From positions 1 through 35,668 of IMG/VR virus record IMGVR_UViG_3300026187_000042: a DNA stretch of 35,668 bases; one strand, 5' to 3'. Made by a program: the position numbers and the translations under genes. Positions 25,081-33,631 of the stretch are shown here, one piece after another (position 1 is the stretch's first letter; each line of letters opens with the position of its first letter). The stretch comes from a virus. Taxonomy: Duplodnaviria; Caudoviricetes. The notes below the pieces were generated by a model. The model made no database searches. It worked only from the letters and a program-made list of their open reading frames with translations, and was not told the origin of the DNA.

Positions 25081-26163
25081 ATGTTTAACGCAAATAAAAT
25101 AAAAACAAATCTTTATGGGGTTGTCGGTTTCCGGCAACCCTTTAACCCAACCTATGCAATATTGGATGCAAATAATTCATCATCAGCAAGTGATCAATGG
25201 GTTTCTGAAAATCCACATTGCAAGGTTGAGTTTTTATATGATACGCAAGACTATTCAAGTTTATCAGATGCAGAATTTAATGAGGCTTTAAAAAATCTTC
25301 AAGAAGATGCCATTGTTAATGTCTGCAATAGGGTTTTTAATAAACCTGATTACATTGATAGACAAGTTTTATACAAGAATGCTCAAAATCGGATTAATAC
25401 GGAAAATTTACCGGATGGTTTTGTTTGCTTTAAGATATGCGTATCAAATCAAAAAAATATAGCTTTCAAAATCAAAAGGGTTTTATTGGATTTTGAAGGT
25501 AGTGGTGATATTGAATTAATGTTGTTTAACACATCAAAAGATGCACCAATTAATTCAAAAGTTATTACCATAACGTCAACACATCAAGAAGAAGTTTTAG
25601 ATTGGGTTGTTGATAATTCAGGTGATACTTATAAGGGTGAATATTATTTAGGTTACCTTTCAAATTATTCAGGGATAGGTACTTTAAAGCCATTCAAACG
25701 TGATTATGAAAATAGTGATATAATGTCTTATATCTCTGAATTGTATATTGACAAATATTACTTTTCAGGTCACACAACCAACACATTGCCAAATTTAGAC
25801 AATGAAGATGGTATGGATGAAGCAATAGGTGTTAACCCTGACATAACGGTTTACAATGATTACACAGATTTAATCATCCAAAACAAATTTTTATTTGCAA
25901 CAGCAATTAAATTGGCTGTTCAGGTAAAATGTATTGAAATATATTTGGCATCATTAAGATCAAACCTAAACGAAAGAGAATCAAAAATGCAATCAGCAAG
26001 ATTGATTGAACTTTTGGAAGGCACAAATGATAATTTAAGCGTTTTAAAAGTAACCGGATTAATGCCGACATTGTTGGGTGAGGTAAACCACGTTAGAAAT
26101 GAAATGAATAAATTGATTCACGGTTACTTTGGTGAACGTGCAATGATAGACACACTTTTGTAA
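25081..26163 (+). CDS. Putative head-tail connector / structural protein
   Basis: About 360 aa immediately after the capsid gene; ATG 25081. Confidence 0.55.
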   Translation: MFNANKIKTNLYGVVGFRQPFNPTYAILDANNSSSASDQWVSENPHCKVEFLYDTQDYSSLSDAEFNEALKNLQEDAIVNVCNRVFNKPDYIDRQVLYKNAQNRINTENLPDGFVCFKICVSNQKNIAFKIKRVLLDFEGSGDIELMLFNTSKDAPINSKVITITSTHQEEVLDWVVDNSGDTYKGEYYLGYLSNYSGIGTLKPFKRDYENSDIMSYISELYIDKYYFSGHTTNTLPNLDNEDGMDEAIGVNPDITVYNDYTDLIIQNKFLFATAIKLAVQVKCIEIYLASLRSNLNERESKMQSARLIELLEGTNDNLSVLKVTGLMPTLLGEVNHVRNEMNKLIHGYFGERAMIDTLL

Positions 26164-26164
26164 T

Positions 26165-27742
26165 ATGGCAATTGTTGAGAAAACAAATAGGAAGGGCGTT
26201 GATAAAGCTATTCACGTTTTACAACAAAGAACATACGCAAATCTATTAGGGTTTTGGGCTGATGGTGTTGAATATACAATGTACCCAAGAGTTAACAAAA
26301 ACTTTAAAAACGATTCAACAATACCGGAAATCAGTTTAGACAGCAAAAACTACAAAGAAACATTTTATGATGATAAAGTTGCTGTTAATTCGTTTTTTTT
26401 AGTTGATGACCAAAGCACATACCAAAATGACAACAACCAAATTGTTCAGGATGTTTCAATTATCTTCCAAGCAGATTTGGTAAAATTATATGGTGATGCT
26501 GAAAGAGTTGATGAGGTATTCAATTCTGATGTGTTGCAAGTTTTCAAAGATGTTAAGCGGTTTATTTATAGCGATATTGAAAGAATAACGGGATTTGATT
26601 CTGTTTATTCAGATTTAAGTTTAAGCGCAGATTTGCGTGAAAAAATACAATTTTCAGACATTTCAAATAGACACATTTTAAGATTAGATTTTTCAATAAG
26701 ATATGATTTTAAATGTGATTCACCAATTGTTCCTTTATGTGTTCCGGTAACAATTATGGAAAATGGTGTTTTAGTTGCAAGACAAGCAGCCGGTACAACA
26801 TACAGCTATTCAACAGCGTGTACTGATGGGGATGTAACAGTAAACGGTTCTGAATTTGGAACTGTTGCAAGTGGTGGAACTTTAGATGTTCCGGTGCAAT
26901 ATGAAAATGGAACAGAAGTAGGGGTAAATGTTGGTGGGGTTATTGAAATACCAAACCCAATAACTTGCGCTGATGCAACGGTAAATCTAAACGGTGTATT
27001 CAATCAAACGGTTGCAAGTGGTGGAACGGCTGACGTAATTGTGGGCAACTCTGAAATTACGGTTAACGGTGCAGCATTTGATTCCTTAGTTCCTGAAGAA
27101 GCGTTAAATGTTCCCGTAGAATACGAAAATGGTTCACCTATCGGAACTATCACGGATGGGGTTGTTGTTGTTCCTGATCCTATCATAGCGAATAATTCTG
27201 CGAGTTTATTTAAGACGGGTGCTAACGTTTCTTATCAAGCACAAGATGACGGTGCATTGCAATTCGGTAACGGTGTAGATTTTTTTACGTTAAATGCGAA
27301 CAATCCATTTGGTAATTTAAACCGATTTACAGACAATTTAGGCACGCAAATTTATGCAAATGGAATAGTGATTGATTGGTCAACTTGGAACGTAGGAGGG
27401 GCAACCGTTCGTGGTTATTATAACACTTTGAACGCAGCGAATACGCTAACTAATCAATTATCCAATCAACCATATACTAAGGCAAGTTTTACGGGTTGGT
27501 ACGTTTGCAATTATAATCAATTGACAAACATTTTTAATTTGAGCATAACACGCAATTATATGAACTATGCGCCATTCAATCATTCAGTAGGTGCAACAAA
27601 TACACGGGTATGGGTAAGTACAAGAGAATCGGCAACTATTGGGATATTTTACAGTGGCGCAAGTGTTGGAGTTGGGAATCATAGCGGATCATATCAGGCT
27701 TTACTTACACGTGAATTTACATTAACAGAATTAGGCTTATAA
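26165..27742 (+). CDS. Neck/tail-completion-like domain fused to internal repeats and a DUF1566/Lcl-like C-terminal domain
   Basis: Three repeats of the V.VNG...VASGGT.DV type; KTG..SY...DDG..Q.G, NRFTDN, VIDW, GWYVCNYNQL, VWVST pattern. Confidence 0.55.
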   Translation: MAIVEKTNRKGVDKAIHVLQQRTYANLLGFWADGVEYTMYPRVNKNFKNDSTIPEISLDSKNYKETFYDDKVAVNSFFLVDDQSTYQNDNNQIVQDVSIIFQADLVKLYGDAERVDEVFNSDVLQVFKDVKRFIYSDIERITGFDSVYSDLSLSADLREKIQFSDISNRHILRLDFSIRYDFKCDSPIVPLCVPVTIMENGVLVARQAAGTTYSYSTACTDGDVTVNGSEFGTVASGGTLDVPVQYENGTEVGVNVGGVIEIPNPITCADATVNLNGVFNQTVASGGTADVIVGNSEITVNGAAFDSLVPEEALNVPVEYENGSPIGTITDGVVVVPDPIIANNSASLFKTGANVSYQAQDDGALQFGNGVDFFTLNANNPFGNLNRFTDNLGTQIYANGIVIDWSTWNVGGATVRGYYNTLNAANTLTNQLSNQPYTKASFTGWYVCNYNQLTNIFNLSITRNYMNYAPFNHSVGATNTRVWVSTRESATIGIFYSGASVGVGNHSGSYQALLTREFTLTELGL

Positions 27743-27743
27743 A

Positions 27744-28025
27744 ATGGACAAAGAACAAGTACAGGAGGTAGTCAAAATCATAAACGAAGCAAATAGTGGG
27801 AATTGGATTCCAATGGCTGTTGTTGGTTCTTTGTTCGGGATTATTGTAATTTTACTTTTATACATTTATAATCGAGATAGAAAAATAAGCGTTTACAAGC
27901 ATAGAGATATTGAAGAAATTCAATCAAGGTTGAGTTCTAACAATGAAAAGTTAACAATTTTAGTTAATAGACACGATGTTAAGTTAGAAGAACACGACAA
28001 AAGATTGGAAAAAGTTGAAAGATAA
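27744..28025 (+). CDS. Single-pass membrane protein with coiled-coil tail
   Basis: WIPMAVVGSLFGIIVILLLYIY transmembrane segment; HDKRLEKVER C-terminus. Confidence 0.65.
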   Translation: MDKEQVQEVVKIINEANSGNWIPMAVVGSLFGIIVILLLYIYNRDRKISVYKHRDIEEIQSRLSSNNEKLTILVNRHDVKLEEHDKRLEKVER

Positions 28026-28060
28026 CCGTTAAAGCATCCCAACGGTGAGAAAATGGGAGC
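28025..28060 (+). promoter_or_regulatory. Predicted H-type pseudoknot in the tail-tube leader
   Basis: ACCGTT(28025-30)/AACGGT(28041-46) interleaved with GC-A-TCCC(28034-40)/GGGAGC(28055-60). Confidence 0.55.
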
Positions 28061-28089
28061 AATTTTTTTATTAATTAAAATTTAAACAA

Positions 28090-29019
28090 ATGGCAAATTG
28101 TTTATGTGGCGTAATGCCAACATTTGGACAACCGGGATGCTACCAAACAATGGGTTATCCCGTAAAAATCGGTTTCCAAGATGTAAAGGATTCATCCGGA
28201 GCATCTAATGGAATCGCAGCAACAGATACGTTGAATGATGCTTTTATTAGCGCATTAATCAATAATTCTGACACATCAAAAAGATTGATGTTAACACCTT
28301 CTGTGGTGAATTTTACGGGCAACCGTGAAGAAATGTTAACTTACACAGCTAACAACGTAAATTACAAAGCGAGTGAAGGAAACAGACCTGTACAATTCGA
28401 AATTATCGAAGGTGCAACACCACAATTATTAGGTGAATTGAAAAAATTAGAATGCAGAAACATTATGTTTTATGGCATTACTGATGAATCACAATTAACC
28501 GGTAACGGTAAAGATGAAAACCTTTTAAGAGGTTACAAAATTGAAAAAGGTACTTTTGATGCAAGATTTGTTGGAAACCAACGTGAAGATACAGCAAGAA
28601 TTGTTGTTTCTTTTGTTATTTCAATTGTTGAAAAAGATGAAGATGCAGCATTCATTGCTTATGATCCTGATTCAACTGCTGATGGAATTTTAACAGTTGA
28701 TTTATTAAGTTATGTTGATTTGATTCCTGTGGTTATGGGTGCTCCTTCAAGCGTTACAACAGAAGGTTTTGTTTCTAAAATTGACACAATTTACGGTGCT
28801 AAATTTGATGCAGCGGTATTTTCAGGCGGTGTATTGGCTGATTTCACACTTTACAACGAAACAACAGCATCTTCTGTTACAATTACATCTGTAACTGAAG
28901 CACCTGATGGAACATACACTTTTGTAATTCCGGCACAAACACCAACGCATGTTTTAACATTAACATTTGCTAAAACCGGATTTTACGCAGCTTCAACACT
29001 TTCTATAACTATACCATAG
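28090..29019 (+). CDS. Major tail (tube) protein with C-terminal Ig-like extension
   Basis: 309 aa; Cys-containing N-terminus; T-rich C-terminus (DGTYTFV); upstream of the tape measure gene and followed by a terminator. Confidence 0.7.
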   Translation: MANCLCGVMPTFGQPGCYQTMGYPVKIGFQDVKDSSGASNGIAATDTLNDAFISALINNSDTSKRLMLTPSVVNFTGNREEMLTYTANNVNYKASEGNRPVQFEIIEGATPQLLGELKKLECRNIMFYGITDESQLTGNGKDENLLRGYKIEKGTFDARFVGNQREDTARIVVSFVISIVEKDEDAAFIAYDPDSTADGILTVDLLSYVDLIPVVMGAPSSVTTEGFVSKIDTIYGAKFDAAVFSGGVLADFTLYNETTASSVTITSVTEAPDGTYTFVIPAQTPTHVLTLTFAKTGFYAASTLSITIP

Positions 29020-29023
29020 TATT

Positions 29024-29203
29024 ATGATTATTGAATTAGGAAATAGAACAATGTACGTTAATTTAGAAGCGGTAAAAGGTTACACCTATGACGAACTTGA
29101 AAAAGTTTATAAAGGCGATACATTGCGAAAAATAGCAAAGGCAGCCGGTGTAAAAAAAGAAGTGGGGAAAAAACGTATTTCCAAAGCCAAAGTTGAAGAT
29201 TAA
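29024..29203 (+). CDS. Small basic protein (59 aa, MIIELGNRTMYVNLEAV...KVED)
   Basis: Hand translation; lies between the tail tube gene and the terminator. Confidence 0.7.
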   Translation: MIIELGNRTMYVNLEAVKGYTYDELEKVYKGDTLRKIAKAAGVKKEVGKKRISKAKVED

Positions 29204-29208
29204 ATTAT

Positions 29209-29256
29209 TTAATCCCCTCATTTCGCATTAAATTGTGAAATGGGGGGTTAATTTTC
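29209..29256 (+). terminator. Long hairpin / terminator attenuating downstream tail genes
   Basis: TTAATCCCCTCATTTCGCA-ttaaat-TGTGAAATGGGGGGTTAA followed by TTTT. Confidence 0.75.
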
Positions 29257-29267
29257 ATTAATTTAAG

Positions 29268-29735
29268 ATGTTTAAAGAAACCGTTTTATATAGCACAACA
29301 AAACGAATTGTTGACTTAAAAGGCAATGAAAGACGGATTTTTAAAGATGTTTTGGATAATGATATTGTTAAGTCTTTAATAATTGATTTAAACACACGAA
29401 AACAGCTTAAACAGCAACATATTGATTCGTTAGGCAATGAATTGTTTAATAGGTTCACACAGCGTTCTGTTTATGGTGTTTCTGATCCGTTAGGGCGTGG
29501 TGGTCAACCGTATGAAGTTTATCAAACGGGTGATTATTACGATTCGTTTCAAGTTTTTATTCGCGGCAATGCAATTGTGATTGATTCCAACCCTGAAAAG
29601 CCAAATGGAAGTTTATTTGAAATGTACAATGAAAACATTGAAGGGTTAACGGATGAAAGCAAAGAAAAATTAATAGCTTTAGTAAGAGATTTATACATTA
29701 ATTATGTCAGAAAATACATTGGAGGTTTGGGATAA
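29268..29735 (+). CDS. Putative tail/neck assembly protein
   Basis: 155 aa; TGDYYDSF motif reminiscent of morphogenesis proteins; position. Confidence 0.5.
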   Translation: MFKETVLYSTTKRIVDLKGNERRIFKDVLDNDIVKSLIIDLNTRKQLKQQHIDSLGNELFNRFTQRSVYGVSDPLGRGGQPYEVYQTGDYYDSFQVFIRGNAIVIDSNPEKPNGSLFEMYNENIEGLTDESKEKLIALVRDLYINYVRKYIGGLG

Positions 29736-30204
29736 TATTTACGAGATGCCACAATGGAATTGGCAACAGATACAAAACACAGGTGATTTAAAATATTTAT
29801 TTAAAAAATGTGAGGGGAAAATTTTAAAAGAACATTTTGAACTTTGGAATGATTTAGAAGAACAACATATCGCTGAATTTGGAATACCAAGTGAGGTGAA
29901 AATAAGAATAAGAAAACAAATAAAATTAATTCAATTAAATGCTAAATTTATTAAAACAAAAAATAGGGTTTTATTGAATTATATTAACATCATAGAAAAC
30001 GAATTGAACCAAAAGAAAAATGAACATTTTGGTTTTTATGATATTAAAGAAGTATTAGAAAAAAATAAAGGGTTTAGAATTATTTGCTCACCAAATAAAG
30101 GCAATGATCCAAACCAAATAACCGTTGTTGAATGGGGTTATGCCCTAAAAAATTTAATTAAAAATGGCGAAGCGAATAGAGGGCAACGAGATAATCAACG
30201 ATAG
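29704..30204 (+). CDS. Putative tail assembly chaperone
   Basis: 166 aa directly before the tape measure gene; start uncertain. Confidence 0.45.
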   Translation: MSENTLEVWDNIYEMPQWNWQQIQNTGDLKYLFKKCEGKILKEHFELWNDLEEQHIAEFGIPSEVKIRIRKQIKLIQLNAKFIKTKNRVLLNYINIIENELNQKKNEHFGFYDIKEVLEKNKGFRIICSPNKGNDPNQITVVEWGYALKNLIKNGEANRGQRDNQR

Positions 30205-33200
30205 TTGGGCAGCAAAAGCGGTCAAACAAGGTGAAGATTTATTGAAGGTTCTTGAAAAATTAGAAGAACAAGGAAAGCAAACAGCTGACCAATTAAGTAA
30301 AGTTGCCAAAACGCAAAGTGGTGCAACTGCAAAATCAATTCGTGACATCACACAGGCGGTTTCAAAATCAAATGCAGAAAGAAAAAAATCTATTGCAATT
30401 GATAATGAAAAAAAATCTTTGGAAGAAAAATTAACAAGATTACGTTCAAATAGAATTCAACAAAACGAAGAATTAAAGGTTTTAATTTCAGAGCAAAGAA
30501 AGGTTAATAAACAATTAGCGAGAGAAACAACAGGTTTAGCGGGTGCGTATGAAAAGGAATCAAAAACATTAATTAAATTAAGAAAGCAATTAAAAGATTT
30601 AATAATAACAGAGGGTGAAGGAAGTAAAAAAACGCAACAATTAAAAAGGAGGGTTACTGAATTAGACCAAAAACTAAAATCTGCTGATGCAGCAGCCGGA
30701 CAATTCCAACGGAATGTTGGGAATTATCCAAAAGCAATGGGTGGTGCTATTGCAAGTTTAAAGAAATTTGCGGGTGCATTGGGAATTGTTGGCGGTGTTC
30801 AATTGTTAAATAGGGGTTTAAGAAATACTTTTGACATCGTTAAAAATTTCGATCAAGCACAAGCAAATTTGGCTTCTGTTTTAGGGGTTACTCGTGATGA
30901 AATGAGCGGGTTAACTGAAATGGCAAAAGAATTAGGTGCAACAACAAAATTTACAGCGGCAGAGGTTTCAGAACTACAATTAGAATTTGCCAAATTAGGT
31001 TTTACACAAAAAGAAATTGAAGGTGTTACCGAAGCGACATTACAATTAGCAGCAGCAGCAGGAACGGATTTAGCAAACGCAGCATCAATTGTTGGCTCAA
31101 CTTTAAGAGGTTTTGGATTGGATGTTACAGAAACCCAAAGATTGGTTGATGTAATGGCTAAATCATTTAGCAGTTCATCATTGGATATAGATAAATTTAG
31201 TTCTGCAATGTCTAATGTTGCACCCGCAGCATCAGCAATAGGGTTGACCGTTGAAGAAACTACTGCTTTATTAGGTTCATTAACAGATGCGGGTATTGAT
31301 GCGAGTAGTGCGGGAACAGGTTTAAGAAATATGTTCCTACTTGCAAAGGAACAAGGCATAACATTTGATGAAGCATTAGATCAAATTGCTAATTCGTCTG
31401 ATCAATTAGGTACTTCTTTTGATTTATTCAAGAAAAAAGGCTCAACTTTAGGGGTTATTTTAGCAAATAGTAGGGATAAAACAAATGAGTTAACGCAAAG
31501 TTTGAAAGATTCCTCGGGAGCTGCTGAAGAAATGGCAGACAAACAATTAGACACATTGCAAGGTTCATTGGAATTATTGAATAGTGCGTGGGAAGGTTAC
31601 ATTTTAGGAGCAGATGGTGCGGGAGGTGTAAGTGATAAATTAAAAAATGTAGTTCAATTTTTGGCAGAAAATTTAGAAATAATTTTAGACACAATATATC
31701 AAGTTGGAAAAGCGTTTATTGTATATAAGGCTGCTGTAAAAGGTGCTAGTGTCGCTCAATCTTTAATGAACAAAAGAACTATTGTAGCAATAAGGAATAC
31801 TAAAGCATACGCATTTGTTCAAAATTTAGCAACTAAGGCTATGAAAGTTTTCAACATACAGATGAAATTAAATCCTTTCGGTTTAATTCTTTCCGCTTTA
31901 ACTCTTATAGTACCATTGCTTATTGACTTTACGTCCGAGCTTTTTGGTTCAAATGAAGAGGTTAAAAAATTAACTAGATCACAGGAGGCTTTTAATAACG
32001 TGGCTGAAAATACAAAAGGAAAGCTAGAAGATGAGAATGCAGAGTTATTAAAAGTTTTTGAAGCATTAAAAAAGACAAAAGCCGGTACTGACGATAGGCA
32101 AAAAGCATTAGATAATGTAAACTCAAAATACGGAACTACACTAAAGAACCTTTCAGATGAGGCTGAATTTGTTGAGCAGTTAAATGTAGCCTATAAAGAT
32201 TTAGTATCAACACTTGAAACAAGAATAAGAGCAGAAGCAATACAAGAAGAATTAACCCAATTAATAAAAGAAAGAATATCGGCTCAAAAAGCTTTAGCTG
32301 AAGCGCAAAAACAATCTTTAGAGTTTACCCCTACAAATATAGCTGATTTTGATCCAAACAAACAAATTCAAGTAACTGAATTAGAACAGGCATCAATTGA
32401 TAATATGGTTGATGTTGCTCAAAGAGCATTAGATGAAATAAACGCTGCCATAGCTAATTTAGAGAGCGATGTTGGTGATGAACCATTATTTGATGCTTTG
32501 TTTGGTGATGGTGGTGGTACTAGTTCAAGGGGAAAAAAAGAAGATCCTAGATTAGCAGCATTAAAAGAATATCAAAAAGAACGAGCGTTAGACTTGATTA
32601 AGTATGAGAATGAACTAAGACTACAAACAAATGACGAAGAAACCATTGCTTATTTTTTATCACAAAAGAAACTAGAAATAGCAAACGACACATCAAGAAA
32701 AATAAACGAATTAGGTTTATCAGACCACGAAATAGCAATAAAACAAGAAAACGAGCGTTTAAAGTTGGTTAACGCTAATTCGATGTCTAGAGTAAATTTC
32801 GAGTTAAAAGCCGAAGGGGATTTAGAGGCATTGAGAAAAGCGGGAAGAAAAGCGCAAAAAGATGCTGCTATTGAAAATACTAAGTTAACCGCAAAACAGA
32901 TTGATGAAATAAAAAAATTAACACAAGTCACCGTAGATTCATTAAAGAAAATAGCTGAGATAAGAGAAAAGGATTTAGACAAACAAATAGAAGCATCGGA
33001 AGAACAAATAGCAAAGTCTGAGTCAGAGGTTGAAAGGCTTCAAGAAATAGGTACAGCGCAAGCGATTAAATCCGCAGAAGCAGAAAAAAGACGTATAGAT
33101 AAAGAAACTGCTGAAATAGAAGATTTAGAAAAGAAAAAACGAAACCTTTTAATTGTTACAGCGGGATTAGAACGTGTAAATCAATTAATACAACAAGGTA

Positions 33201-33631
33201 ATTCAAACCCGTTTCAAACAACCGGTGGTGAAATTGGTAATTTTATTTCGCAATTAGCATCATTTTATGATGGTACAGAATTAACAGTTGCTGATTCGTT
33301 AGGCAAAACAGGAACAAAAGATGGTCACATTGTTAGGGTTCACGATAATGAACACATTGTAAGCGCAAAAGACAGCGATAGATTACACTCAAACGGTATC
33401 TATAAAACGTCTGACATTGTTGATTCGGCATTAAATTGGAAAAACTTAAACACATCCTCTTTAATAATGAATAAACGCAATAATGATGCTCAATTAATTA
33501 GTGAGATTAAAGAAATGCGCAAAGCGTTTAATTCAATTGATTTTCCTGAACAATATGTTTATTTAGATAGGGATGTTTTTAAAAAACAAAATTCAATTAA
33601 AACAGTAAACTATTCAAATAACAGAATATGA
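30164..33631 (+). CDS. Tail tape measure protein (TP901-family core)
   Basis: 1155 aa, helical; AKELGATTKFTAAEV...LAAAAGTDLANAA...AGIDASSAGTGLRN core; FQRNVGNY. Confidence 0.93.
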   Translation: MAKRIEGNEIINDSWAAKAVKQGEDLLKVLEKLEEQGKQTADQLSKVAKTQSGATAKSIRDITQAVSKSNAERKKSIAIDNEKKSLEEKLTRLRSNRIQQNEELKVLISEQRKVNKQLARETTGLAGAYEKESKTLIKLRKQLKDLIITEGEGSKKTQQLKRRVTELDQKLKSADAAAGQFQRNVGNYPKAMGGAIASLKKFAGALGIVGGVQLLNRGLRNTFDIVKNFDQAQANLASVLGVTRDEMSGLTEMAKELGATTKFTAAEVSELQLEFAKLGFTQKEIEGVTEATLQLAAAAGTDLANAASIVGSTLRGFGLDVTETQRLVDVMAKSFSSSSLDIDKFSSAMSNVAPAASAIGLTVEETTALLGSLTDAGIDASSAGTGLRNMFLLAKEQGITFDEALDQIANSSDQLGTSFDLFKKKGSTLGVILANSRDKTNELTQSLKDSSGAAEEMADKQLDTLQGSLELLNSAWEGYILGADGAGGVSDKLKNVVQFLAENLEIILDTIYQVGKAFIVYKAAVKGASVAQSLMNKRTIVAIRNTKAYAFVQNLATKAMKVFNIQMKLNPFGLILSALTLIVPLLIDFTSELFGSNEEVKKLTRSQEAFNNVAENTKGKLEDENAELLKVFEALKKTKAGTDDRQKALDNVNSKYGTTLKNLSDEAEFVEQLNVAYKDLVSTLETRIRAEAIQEELTQLIKERISAQKALAEAQKQSLEFTPTNIADFDPNKQIQVTELEQASIDNMVDVAQRALDEINAAIANLESDVGDEPLFDALFGDGGGTSSRGKKEDPRLAALKEYQKERALDLIKYENELRLQTNDEETIAYFLSQKKLEIANDTSRKINELGLSDHEIAIKQENERLKLVNANSMSRVNFELKAEGDLEALRKAGRKAQKDAAIENTKLTAKQIDEIKKLTQVTVDSLKKIAEIREKDLDKQIEASEEQIAKSESEVERLQEIGTAQAIKSAEAEKRRIDKETAEIEDLEKKKRNLLIVTAGLERVNQLIQQGNSNPFQTTGGEIGNFISQLASFYDGTELTVADSLGKTGTKDGHIVRVHDNEHIVSAKDSDRLHSNGIYKTSDIVDSALNWKNLNTSSLIMNKRNNDAQLISEIKEMRKAFNSIDFPEQYVYLDRDVFKKQNSIKTVNYSNNRI

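Noticed and set aside
27400-27742. Diversity-generating retroelement variable region
   Set aside because: No reverse transcriptase gene and no template repeat seen in the complete genome.
28005-28090. Pseudoknot-stimulated frameshift or readthrough fusing the membrane protein to the tail tube
   Set aside because: The -1 frame stops at once (TGA), and the readthrough frame stops before 28090 and is out of frame with the tube gene.
29690-29740. Lambda G/GT-type tail chaperone frameshift
   Set aside because: No clear X XXY YYZ heptamer at the overlap of the two ORFs before the tape measure gene.
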